DNA of 63,930 nt, counting the filler, from Atractiella rhizophila (lineage: Eukaryota): assembly GCA_021432655.1 (NCBI GenBank). It is 4 parts of 4 records of this genome, joined end to end, with 100 filler letters (N's around TTAATTAATTAA, not from the genome) between each part and the next. Parts side by side here need not be neighbours in the genome. Positions count along the whole stretch, not along the records: positions 32,056 to 47,949 come from MU271921.1; positions 48,050 to 63,930 come from MU271922.1; 2 more parts are not named here. One strand, 5' to 3'. Of the stretch, positions 41,858-52,861 are shown in pieces. A program made the translations under genes and the position numbers. The stretch's first letter is position 1; each line of letters starts with the position of its first letter. The notes below the pieces were generated by a model. The model had not been told where the DNA came from, made no database searches, and saw only the letters and a list, made by a program, of their open reading frames with translations.

Positions 41858-43215
41858 GGCAAGTCTCTTTCCCTTTGACCGAGGAGGGCCAGAATTTTCC
41901 CCGCTTGGTCCAGTTTCAATCTGTTCTAAAGTGAGCAGGACGACTCAGAGTAGGAGAGCATACCAGGGTGAAGTCTTCCATCCTGCCTGAGGTAGTTGTG
42001 GCGATCCTGGGGGAAAGAATCTGAATCTAGATAGAGCAGGCTCATAATATGTGCTCCCTTGAGCCCTTACACACCCTTGCCAAAGGCAAGGAATGTTTGC
42101 AGCGTCTGTATGCAATGGTCGTGGGGGCAACGTGGTCTCAGGATACTTTGTCCCTTGTTGGTCTCTTGTTAGTTTGTTCAACCTGGAAGTTTGCATTTTA
42201 AAAATGCTTCGCCCTCAAGATTGTATTGAGGTTGGTGAAACGAGAAAGGCAGTAGAAAGCCTGGATGCTCTAACATTGAGACTCACTATATCGATAGTTC
42301 CGACAGTCTATCGTCGAAAAACTTCAAGATGGATGCCAAAAAAAGGAAGGATAAGAACTGAGCCATGTTTCATTTTCATTTCAACCTGGATATAAATTGT
42401 TCAGTCACCCACAATTCAGGATGATGAGGCGTCATGATTCTCCTTTAACTGAACTAACAGGAATATTCATGGTTGACCACTTGCTTCGGATACTGTGCCC
42501 AACCCTCTGTAATAACACAAGGTACAATAAAACCTGCGGATTATTCTCTTGTCAATTGCAAAAGAACCTAATTCGGTCAACAATGTTAGTAGTTTGGCCG
42601 CCAAGTCACGCATTGTGTGCTGGGTGAAAAACGTGAAGGCTGAGAGATCTCGAGGTCGCAATTGAAAGAAGAGATACCGTTGTTAGGCCGTCGAGACCCA
42701 AACCATGCAACCATTCACTCCGACTACAACGCAATGGGCTAGAGCTGAGAAACTAATTCTCCCTTTCCTTCACAGTCGGACAGAAACACACATGTTAAGC
42801 TGAGCATGTGCAGGTTAAGGCGTGCACGATAAATGAGCAGAACGAGAGCTTCAGTTGAGGCCGTTAAGACATCTAATTCACCAAAGTATTGACACTCATT
42901 TCTAGAACTAATGTCCACCTTGGTCAACTCGTGATATTTCTCAGAAAAATGCTCAGGAGAGGAGTAGCATGAAGATGGAAGCAAATCATTGCACCCTCAA
43001 TGAAGAACAGAATACGAACGCAAATGATATAAAGTCATCAGCCGCCAGTCTGACACCTAACCGCTCTCACAGGCTCCACCAGACACTGTGCCTCCCAGGG
43101 CTCGAGGAGCACAAACACTCCATCCCCCGCTTCATCCCCAACTTCACTAGAGCTGTATAGGCTTCTCTTCACAATGATGCATGTTGCTTCTCGTCGTTCG
43201 TAGTTCCACTTGACA

Positions 43216-43498
43216 TAACACTTTATTTGTTTGTCTGTTTGTTCTGTTACTTGTTCTTCGCACATTGTTCTGTGGATCACGTGCTCATCTCATCCAAATT
43301 GAGAATTGCAATTTTTTGGCCGCCAAACGGTACGCTGAATTGCCTGATTAGGGTCCAATTCACGTCCAATTCACCCCAGCCAGGATTTCGAATTTGGGAG
43401 TTGCCAAACAGGCTCTAACACTTTATTTGTTTGTCTGTTTGTTCTGTTACTTGTCTCCGCACTTTGTTCTGTGGATCACGTGCTCATCTCATCCAAAT
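43216..43498. repeat. ~84-bp direct repeat, two copies 200 bp apart
   Basis: TAACACTTTATTTGTTTGTCTG..GGATCACGTGCTCATCTCATCCAAAT at 43216-43299 and 43416-43498. Confidence 0.9.
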
Positions 43499-43990
43499 GC
43501 AATGAGTCTTCTTGGAGAAGATGGAAGGGATGAAGCTCGGAGTGGACTCGCCTGTATAGGAGCGAGACGAGGAGGTGAGAATTTGGGTTGGAGGTAGGTT
43601 GAGATAGAGTTCAGCCACCCCTGGCAAAACGACCTTCAAAGTGACCCCACGAAGAAAGGCTAAATTATGCAGGCAATCATATCGTAAGTATACTGAACAT
43701 TCATGCAACATTCGTGTTCAATTAATGCAGCTCACATCAAATGGCATTGTTTCTTCTTTGTAACAAGCTCTGTCAACGCCACGTGGTTATCATTTCAGCT
43801 TTATCGATTGCGTTGCCACCGATGTCGAATCGAAATCCGTCTCATCCGCTCCACCTAAGTACGCTCGACGCTGATTACTATCGCGATCGCTGGTGAGGCT
43901 TACGCCATCCTATTCTATATCAACACTTTTCCATTTCCGTCCAACGTCCAACATCTTCAAGTCGACTCGATTACGATAGCAGTCCCAACG

Positions 43991-44838
43991 ATGGATTCCA
44001 TCAGTTCCTCCTCTTCGGCTGCCTCTTCCAGCGATACGAGTCCCGTATCCAGCTTGTCTCCCTCGCGAGCCTCCTCCCGTACCTCTCTGTCCTCCCCAAC
44101 CTCCCTTGAATCGTCCGCAAATCTCCCTTCGTCTTCCCTATCACTTTCCTATGCATCCTCGATTCTCGCCAGGGAGATTGGAGCATTACAAAAGCTGCAT
44201 AACTCGTTGTCAGACGAAGAGTCAGAGCAAGGAAAAGCTTTTGTTGATGTTGTTCGGCGGATATCGTCAGTGGGAAGGGGAGGAATGGGTGCGAAAGTGG
44301 TGTGCACTGGAGTTGGGAAGAGTTTGATTGTTGCACGGAAGGCGGCAGGAATCCTATGTAGCTTCGGTGTGTGCTTCTTTCGTTTACCGGTACTGTAAGC
44401 GATCATAAATCAAAGGTTAATACATTCGTATTTGTTCAAGGCGTACCCTCAGTCACGCTCCATCCGACAGAAGCAATGCACGGCGACCTCGGTCTCCTAA
44501 GCTCACACGACGTGCTCCTCCTCTTCTCACACTCTGGAACGACACGAGAACTCCTCTCCTTCCTCCCTTACGTTCCGCCATCGATACAAAAAGTGCTCAT
44601 CACCTCCTCTCCACGCTCTATCCTCGCTCAAAACAGCGACGTCGTACTCACCATCCCTCCTGAAGAGGCAGATGAAGAGGTTCCCGCTCCAACGGCTAGT
44701 ATGCTTTGTATGGGAGCTCTCGTGGATGCGATCGCTTTGACTGTTTTGAGGGAGAGAGAGGGAGCGGATGGGGCGGGACGGAGGAAGTTTGGAGAGCTCC
44801 ATCCTGGTGGAAGGCTCGGGGAGCTGTGTAGGGATTGA
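43991..44838 (+). CDS. SIS-domain sugar-phosphate isomerase, KpsF/GutQ-like, no CBS domains
   Basis: GVGKS..ARK, HPTEAMHGDLG, SHSGTTREL, APTAS, HPGGRLG; one intron 44367-44440. Confidence 0.88.
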
Positions 44839-45239
44839 ACCGTCTCCGTTGGTTTCTTTGTTTCAACTCGGATTGTACCACTTCCATTTTGGGAGGAGAA
44901 ATATTGTAGACAGCATCGTTGTCTTGATACACTGTGATTTCTGGAAGCGGGATGAATATTCTAGTGAAGCCACTACACGTTTTTATTGCTTTTGCAGATC
45001 CTTGCAATGAAAGAATACATGTGATATCATTCACAGACACGAAACTCGCTTTGTTACTGAATAATGCGGGAATACGCACAAGGATTGGTTCGAGTTGTTC
45101 TTGATCGAGGCGTCCGGACAGAGATTCTTGAGCTTCGCGAGGAAGCAGACCAGGACAGACATATCATCACGCTTTCAAGTTGTTGCTTGTTCTCTCATTC
45201 GAGCTACAAAAGTGTTCAAGTCCTCGTCTAAACTGAAAA

Positions 45240-47572
45240 ATGGACGCAACTGTTTCTTCGCGATCAAAGTCCATCTATCCAGAATGGGTATTTGACCACT
45301 CGATCCGTTTTTACAACAACCTTGGTCGTGAGCGCTGCACAGCTCAATCCGTCTGGAGCCCTCTTTCAGAGTTTGATCTACCGGCGATACAGTCCCGAGT
45401 AACGCTTGAGTTCTCCAACTCCTTCTATGAAGGATTACCTGGACGTTTCGTCAAAATCCACATGTGCTTCTATGAGGGTCAATGTTTTGCACTCGAAAAG
45501 GCTATTGAAGATTCTAAATCTCAGTTAAACGACTATCAGATTGTGCTCGTGTTACCTGGGAGCGACCCAACTGTTGTCGACTTTGGACCGCAGACGGTAT
45601 CCCCCCAGGCTAGAGACTGTCAGGTCCATGTCTACCTTACTCCTTCCGATCGCGATGCAGCTATTGTCTTCGGGTTTTGCGAGAGTTTTCACCTTCAATA
45701 CCAGGCAAATCTGCCCTCAGGAGTGCCTGCCAGCCGGCACTTTCTCATTGATTCAATGGCGCGCGATCGAGTTGTGTCCATGAAACTCTTGTCACAACCC
45801 GGTGTGGATTGGATGCCATCTTCTGCTCGAGGTTGGTAACTATCTGATCTCCAGAATAACTCTGACTAACAAACTGCTACCCTTATGTCATTGTCCATTC
45901 AAGGTATGCCCACTAGTTCTACATGGAACATTGTCTGACAACTGTCTTCTGCAGGTCATCTTACACTCAGATTCGCCACCATGGTCCCTTCACCTATTTC
46001 ATATCTCTCTTCAGATTTATTAGCATCAATCTTCATCCGCCTGGCTGTCGATGGCCATCACAACACTCTCGTTCTGCGCGGTGTGTGTAAACTCTGGGAT
46101 GAAAGCATCAGGCGAATTATTGGACCGATCACAAGAGTGCCAGTGTCCATCTTAGACAATATTCTAGACCTCGCAACGTCCCTGGAGAGGGAGGAAGGGC
46201 AACTTTGGGATCCTATCGATTTGTCGCAGGAATGTTAAATGGCTAGGATGGATCATTTTGGTAGTAGATCTGTGTGTAGGCGCTGGAAAGACCGTCTGAC
46301 AACCATTCTTCTGGCTACGAGAAGCCGACAAGAAACGAATACGTTTCGGCCGCTCGTCCTGTTCTCACCGACATCCCACCACGAATATCGCTCCGCACCC
46401 AGTACGATATAAATCTGTAGAAAGTACAAGAGTGTAGATCGTACAGTGCGGAGTTTGCACCGGAGAGAAAGCCGTGCCAAAACCCTTTTGGCATCTTTGC
46501 GCAGTTCCTACAGATCTGGCTTCACCTTCATTCTCGCCAACTCCGTCATGATCTGTAAGATGACTGCCGTCAAAGAACTACATAATGGCACGCTTCTCCT
46601 CGTCATAGCTGCTCTCCCCCAGTCTTTTAAATTTCGCCTTCGTGATGTCCCCTCAATCTCTCCCTCCAGCCTCTCAGAACACACACACTTTCTTATCCAA
46701 CGAGTGGATTCTGTATGAGCAGGGCTGATGTCTGTACAGTATGGAACCATGGGCTCTTGAAGGTTTGCACTTGCCCTCCTGTTGCAGTTATTTCTAATCT
46801 CATCCTCATCTTTAGATTCTCCGTGCCTTGCCTGACATCAAGAAGAGGGAGGATATCCTCCAGCTGTGGCTTGTTTCGCAGCTTCCTCCCTCCCCGTTGG
46901 CTGTTTCCTCCTCCTCTCCGTCCTACCATCCTCTACTAGTACTCCATTTTCTGCTCGCCATGCGTCCCTCCTCTCCTCCACGCCAATGTCTTCCTCCATC
47001 ACCAGGTTCAGCTCCCCTCCTACAGTTCCTCCTACCTTCGGTAACCCGGAGTCTTCCCCCACCCCTCCGATGTCTCCTCTCACTCATGCGGCGTCTATTC
47101 TGTTCTTTCGGAGGACAAGAAACCGGTCATCTGCCAGTCGCCACCTGCAGCGAAAACACCATGAGCTGGAGAAGCAGCTGTCATTGACCTGGATGCGGAG
47201 GACACTATGGACATGTTCATTACACACCTAACCACCTTGAACTGCTTTTCTCTGCTCTGTGAGGGGAGACCTGTGATAAAATTCTATGACAAGACTAAGG
47301 TGTGTACTCTTTTATACAAGGTAAAGAATTGGGTTGAGTATTTATGATAGGGTCACCGTAAGAACCTGTGGCCAGAGCACTGGAATGATTGCTTTATGGG
47401 TTGTTTGAAATGGAAGAAGTGGGATCCTGACTATGCCCATCTATTTACGAATATACCCTTAGATGTCGACATGAAACGTGATGAGAGCTCAACATATGAG
47501 CGAGACATTTTGTCTTATGAGCGCAAACATGGTCGCCACATCACTGTTTCTTCTACCTTCGAAGAGCTATAA
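45240..47572 (+). CDS. Hypothetical multi-exon gene(s) with tandem F-box-like motifs; model uncertain
   Basis: ISYLSSDLLASIF..LRGVCKLWD and ITRVPVSILDNIL..SVCRRWKD; upstream 199-aa ORF at 45240-45839. Confidence 0.45.
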
Positions 47573-48049
47573 AAACTTGCAGAGAGGAGAGTGAATGAAG
47601 TAAGAAGGGATCAAGGAAGTGTAGAGAGTGGAGCTAAGCGAGTGGGAGCTGATAGCAATAAGGGAATGTGTCAGTTTTATTCTGCTGATGGAAACCATCT
47701 GGCCACTGTTTTAAAGAATAAAATGGAAATTGTTCATGGCCGCAAGCCAGCCAGAGCAGCTTCAAGCAGTTTGAAGCATGCAGTGAAGATGTATGTTCAT
47801 CTTCAGAAGCCTCATAAGCCTCCACCGGAAAAGGGAGATACTCGTTGGATGGCTGACGATGTTAGTAAAGCAAAGCAAAGGAACCTCCACTGCGGCTCCT
47901 ACTTCCTGGGCATCTGGAATGCTTCTGCTCACGGTCATGAAGAGGCACGNNNNNNNNNNNNNNNNNNNNNNNNNNNNNNNNNNNNNNNNNNNNTTAATTA
48001 ATTAANNNNNNNNNNNNNNNNNNNNNNNNNNNNNNNNNNNNNNNNNNNN

Positions 48050-48493
48050 TTTCCCATTTCGGATTGGGAGAGGATCAACTACTACCACGGTATCTCACCC
48101 GACCCTCCTGAACTTCTCTATCGCTCGGATCTGCAAACAAATCCATTCCCCATCCCTGAAAGTAGCTCCTCCTACATCCCCACCAAGACCGTCCACGGAG
48201 TTTTTGGCACGCCGCTCAAGGCTATTTGGGATGATGTCTGTCCTCAAATCTTCGACCTCATAGAAGCTAGGGAAATTCGTTGCTCGGCAATCAAGACAGC
48301 ACGGTTCTCTACCGACAACGAGGACGGGACGACGAGTCGTGGTCCTGTTGTTATTTGGATTGCGGTTTATCCCAATTCAACCACCGCTGCGATGGCACAC
48401 GACGCTTCCCAAGCCATTCTCGCTCTTCTTCGGGATAAGGAAATTGAGGGAGTGGTGGTAGAGTGGTACGAGGGAGTTGTGCAGAGATTGTAG
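48050..48493 (+). CDS. Hypothetical protein, 3' part (not in the ORF track because it starts in the gap)
   Basis: Open frame FPISDWERINYYHGISPDPPELLYRSDL..GPVVIWIAVYPNSTTAAMAHDASQAILALL..VEWYEGVVQRL*. Confidence 0.7.
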   Translation, partial: FPISDWERINYYHGISPDPPELLYRSDLQTNPFPIPESSSSYIPTKTVHGVFGTPLKAIWDDVCPQIFDLIEAREIRCSAIKTARFSTDNEDGTTSRGPVVIWIAVYPNSTTAAMAHDASQAILALLRDKEIEGVVVEWYEGVVQRL

Positions 48494-49435
48494 GTCTCTC
48501 TCACGCTTGCACGGGTCTATTACTCTCTCGAACCCGTCGTGGCTCTCTATCATTTTGTATCGTTTTGTTGTTGGATGATTGATTCTCGGCTGCGTTCCTG
48601 AATGTATCCCAACCACGCTTTATCACTAAACAAATGACATGCTCAATAAATATTCTCCGTTGTAATACATCCTAGCCTCTTCAATTCATTAAAAACGAAG
48701 TCATGGAACAGACCTTCCGCATTGTAATATGCTTCACTCGTCACGTTAGTTGACTATCAGATCATCAGATTCCAAGGGGTGGATATTGCAGTGCTGTGGA
48801 TTTCAACTTTTTTCCACGGCGCCAGTAACGTCTTACTGGCAGCCACCATGGAAACGTGTCCTGTCATTACATTGCTCTATGTATTTAATCGTTGGTTTCT
48901 ATGCAAATTGGTTCAGCTACATCAGCGTAATGGTTCCTTTTACTTGACACAGACAGGCAAACAAGAGCGCGTTCAACGCACGTGACTTCGATCACGACAA
49001 AAAGACAAAAAGGCAAGGTATCCTTCTTATATCCTCTTGGTCCCTCCCACGCCTGCAGCTTTTGGCCACCAGCTCATTGTATCAAGGTAACTCAACAGGT
49101 CAGTTCGGCTTCACTCTCGACGGGCGAGAAGGCGGAGCGGGAGGGAGACTTCCCGTTCAGGATCGTTATCCCATCTGGTCCCGGACGTTGTGAGATTCCT
49201 TTAGGGCTGGCAGTTAAAAGTCACTCACTCTCGCCCTGTATCAGTACCACCCGCTCCGATTCGCTTCAGCCTCTGGTTATTCAAGACGGTTATTGACGAT
49301 TGTATCGCTGTCTGGTTGGGTCTACAGGTACTTTTTATATCACCGTAAGGTACGCTTTCTCGTAATTTGTATTGAGGGACAAGGGATAGACAAATGTTTG
49401 GTTTTGTGGTGGTCATAGGAAGAAGAACAAACACG

Positions 49436-52400
49436 ATGAAGATTTACTCACCTTCCAATACACGGACCAACGACCCTTTCCACCCGCACATCTCCTCTTC
49501 CGCGACAACGTCACCCCTCGCTTTCAATATTGGACTATCCACGCCCCTTCCGCCGAAGCCGTACCGAACTAGGATAAGGAAGCCTTCACAAACTCCTTCG
49601 CCACTGTCGGAGGATTCGGTTCCTGGGTTAAGAATGGCTGCCCAGACTCAAAGTGAGGAGGAGGTAGAGGATGTGTTTGGGAGTTCGCCCATTGGATTGC
49701 TAGGAAGGGGTGAAGGGAGGAATACATCCATCCAGTCCGAATCTGGCGTCGCAACTATTCCGTTCCAGGCTACACGTGCCAGGAATACATATATATCTGT
49801 CCAGGCACCGACTGCACGCCTTGCTTCTGCGTTTACCTTCGGTTCTTCGCCCCCTACGAGATCGTCACAGGGACCTGCTGACAGATCTGAAGAGGACGCG
49901 CGAGCGGCGACACCTGGAGAAGAGATAGCGCAGGCGTCCGACTCTCGCTTTGGACTTCCCACTCCTCCCTCGAGCCCAGATTTGAAGGGAAGGAAATTGA
50001 GGCCGCTCCCTTCGAGATCTTCAATGGCGGCACATGTGCAAAAGACACCCAGCGGCAAGGATAAAGGCGGGAGTGGGAAGGGCACTGGTGAGAAGACTCC
50101 TGCATCCGCTTACGTTTCTGGGCTCCATACTCCTCCGTCCACCCCAACGAGGACGTCGAATCTCTCTTCTAGATCTGAGACGCCGGATAATGCTCAAACG
50201 GCGCACACAGATGGGAAGGATGTGAGGAAGCCTGAGGAAAGGAGCCCCGCTGTAGCGATCAACACTCCGCCGTCCACTCCCATTACCGCGTCAAATCCCC
50301 CTCCAAGACCCTCAAAGCAGCCGAACAGACAGGACCCTGAATCTGCCTCGACATCGGCTGGGCCAACGTCTACGAATGCTAACGAATTTGGATCCGCTTT
50401 ACCTATTCCTCCTCCAACGCGGACAAACGGTACAATTTCGAATGCTGATGGTAATACTTTCAAGTTCGTCTTCCCTACCAACCCCCTGCCCACAAAGCCC
50501 TCCAAGGCAGCTCCCGCAGACTCGAGCAGGAAGGAAAGTGAAAAGGTGGAAGCGAATGGGGGAGGTGGGAAAGGGAGACAGAGACCTTTCGACTTCACTA
50601 CTGCATCGAATGTGCCGACAACAACGAACACAAAGACGACGCCGTTGGGGAAGTATTCGTTCAACATTGGCTCTTCAACAGCCCCTCCTCGATCTTCGAA
50701 TGGACCTGAAAAGCCCGCGCCGAAAGTTGATCTGAGGTCTACTTTCATGAATACTCCGCCCAACAACGGCGCAGAGAAGATCCCTGCCCCCGCCCCCGGT
50801 GTCAAAACTACTTCACCTTATCCTCAAACGAATAACTCTCGGTTCACTTCGAACATCCCTTCCACTGGTGCTCCTCCTGCTGCCCAATCTTATCCCCAGA
50901 CGAACAACTCCCGTTTCACCTCCAATGTTCCTACGACTCCTCCTCCGGCCGCTCAGTATCCTCAGAACAACAACTCTCGCTTCACGTCCAACATTCCTGC
51001 CGGATCGTCGAAACCTCCGCCATCAGAGAGATGCAGACGGCCTCCTCCTCGAGCGAAGCCAAGCTATGTTAGTTCTTCGGATAATAGCTCAGCAACGTCT
51101 TCGGACTCAGACTCAGATAGCGAGGGTCCCACTTTCCGTGGCTGGCGTAAAGCATCGTCTAATAATACTCCGCCTCGCAACCCTTCCTCTTCCCGTCCCC
51201 CTCCTTACAGTCCGCCTCCGTCATATTCCTCTGCGCGCCCCTCCGCCTCTGACAGAGCTTCTCCACCACGTGGCAAGCCGTCTAGGGATGTTTTCACAGA
51301 TGAGCAATTGATTGCACATGCTGAATCTGGTTATTGCGCAGGAGTTGGGACGTCCACGAATCGGATGTGCGGTAACCGTTCGACCACGGGGTATTGTCGT
51401 CATCATGGAGACCAAAGATACACGCCGCAGGGACAGAGATTGAATGCTTATTTTCAAAATACCTCGTCGAACACGAGCAGACGGCAGTTTCGCACTCATT
51501 TCGAGCCCCCAAAGTCAGGGAATGAAGAAGCGATTTCTCGCTCAGATAATGAAGCAATTGCTCACGCGGAGCTCGGATACTGTGCGGGAATGACGCGGAA
51601 GAACAATCTGTGCATGAACACAGCACAGCCATGGAAAGGATCGAAGTATTGCCATCTTCATGGTGACCAAGCAAATAGCTCTCGCGGACAGAAACTTTGG
51701 AAGTATTGGGACGAAAAGAAGAGGAAGAGTGAGGAGGAGAGGAAAGAGCGAGAGAGGAAGAGGAAAGAGGAAGATGCGCGCAAGAAACGTGCAGAGGAGG
51801 AGAAGGAGTATGAGAGGAGAAGGAAAGCGAGGGAGGAGTGGGCGAGGAAGTGGGAGGAGGCTAGAAGGAAGGAGGAGGAACAAGAACGACGGGCTGAGCA
51901 AGAGAAGGAAAGATTCTGGCAAAAGTTTGAGGAGGATCAACAGAGGGGAAAGAAAGAGCAAGAGCGGCAAAGGTACGCCATCCTTTTGGGCCAAACAAGG
52001 TTACTCAAACCTATGTACAGCTTCCGTTCCACAACCTCTGCCCCACGACCTGCTTCCAAGTCTAACTTCTCAGTCAATCTGGTCGAATTCTACACCCAGT
52101 CCATCTCGGCACCTCTCAACGTTTCACTTCCTTTCTCGAAAGTGACATGGCCAGCGTTAGATACCGGTCGCCCGATTTCCCCGTCAGATATCACTGATGA
52201 AGCTGTACGCGCTTTCTTTGAACGAGTCAAGAAGTGCATCCAGGACGAACAAGTGAAGACAAGAGATGCCACGAAGAAGGCGAAACTGGCGAAAATGGTC
52301 ACTCAGCTTGCTAAAGAAACCATTAGGAAGTTCCATCAGGACCGTCTCGAATCTTTGGCAGCCAAAGTAGATGGGGTGGAGAAGGACGAGCTCAAGAGGG

Positions 52401-52441
52401 TGTTGATTGTCATTAGTCGGGTTAGCACGGAGTTCAAGTGA
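49436..52441 (+). CDS. ~1000-aa intronless protein: disordered N-terminus, two CCCH-like motifs, charged coiled coil, C-terminal WP..FHxD helical domain
   Basis: ORF track 49394-52441 (first in-frame ATG 49394; the start given here, 49436, is a guess). Motifs IAHAE.GYCAG..C..YC..HGDQ twice, and VTWP..RKFHQDR. Confidence 0.75.
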   Translation: MKIYSPSNTRTNDPFHPHISSSATTSPLAFNIGLSTPLPPKPYRTRIRKPSQTPSPLSEDSVPGLRMAAQTQSEEEVEDVFGSSPIGLLGRGEGRNTSIQSESGVATIPFQATRARNTYISVQAPTARLASAFTFGSSPPTRSSQGPADRSEEDARAATPGEEIAQASDSRFGLPTPPSSPDLKGRKLRPLPSRSSMAAHVQKTPSGKDKGGSGKGTGEKTPASAYVSGLHTPPSTPTRTSNLSSRSETPDNAQTAHTDGKDVRKPEERSPAVAINTPPSTPITASNPPPRPSKQPNRQDPESASTSAGPTSTNANEFGSALPIPPPTRTNGTISNADGNTFKFVFPTNPLPTKPSKAAPADSSRKESEKVEANGGGGKGRQRPFDFTTASNVPTTTNTKTTPLGKYSFNIGSSTAPPRSSNGPEKPAPKVDLRSTFMNTPPNNGAEKIPAPAPGVKTTSPYPQTNNSRFTSNIPSTGAPPAAQSYPQTNNSRFTSNVPTTPPPAAQYPQNNNSRFTSNIPAGSSKPPPSERCRRPPPRAKPSYVSSSDNSSATSSDSDSDSEGPTFRGWRKASSNNTPPRNPSSSRPPPYSPPPSYSSARPSASDRASPPRGKPSRDVFTDEQLIAHAESGYCAGVGTSTNRMCGNRSTTGYCRHHGDQRYTPQGQRLNAYFQNTSSNTSRRQFRTHFEPPKSGNEEAISRSDNEAIAHAELGYCAGMTRKNNLCMNTAQPWKGSKYCHLHGDQANSSRGQKLWKYWDEKKRKSEEERKERERKRKEEDARKKRAEEEKEYERRRKAREEWARKWEEARRKEEEQERRAEQEKERFWQKFEEDQQRGKKEQERQRYAILLGQTRLLKPMYSFRSTTSAPRPASKSNFSVNLVEFYTQSISAPLNVSLPFSKVTWPALDTGRPISPSDITDEAVRAFFERVKKCIQDEQVKTRDATKKAKLAKMVTQLAKETIRKFHQDRLESLAAKVDGVEKDELKRVLIVISRVSTEFK
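50819..50998 (+). repeat. Three coding repeats YPQ(T/N)NNSRFTSN(I/V)P
   Basis: Copies at ~50819, 50891 and 50957 with synonymous differences. Confidence 0.9.
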
Positions 52442-52861
52442 TGGTCAATTGGTTTTTCGCTTGATTGTATTTGTCTACGAACGATCGCTGGCTAACGTAA
52501 GAATGAAATATCCTTTACCAGATATGCAACGTACTCTTTCCATGCACCTGCACGACTTCATTCGACCTGAACGGCGCATTCATACTTCTGACAACGAATC
52601 TGAATTTGGTTATTTGCGCATGTTGTCTCGGAAGAAGGTTACTTTGCGCACTTTGCCACTACGAAACCCAAGGTCCTGCTCAACGAACTGCTTTGCGCTG
52701 ATGCAGTGCGTATTCGCCTGACATTCTATCGTGAGCGCTGACTAGCAGGAGAATAGGCATTATACACAAAGAGCCCCCTAGTTCATGCAATGGGAGCTCT
52801 ATTTTGCCCATAAGCCACTCACTAGTATCACACGGTACCCCTTCTACTAGGCTGAAGGGAG

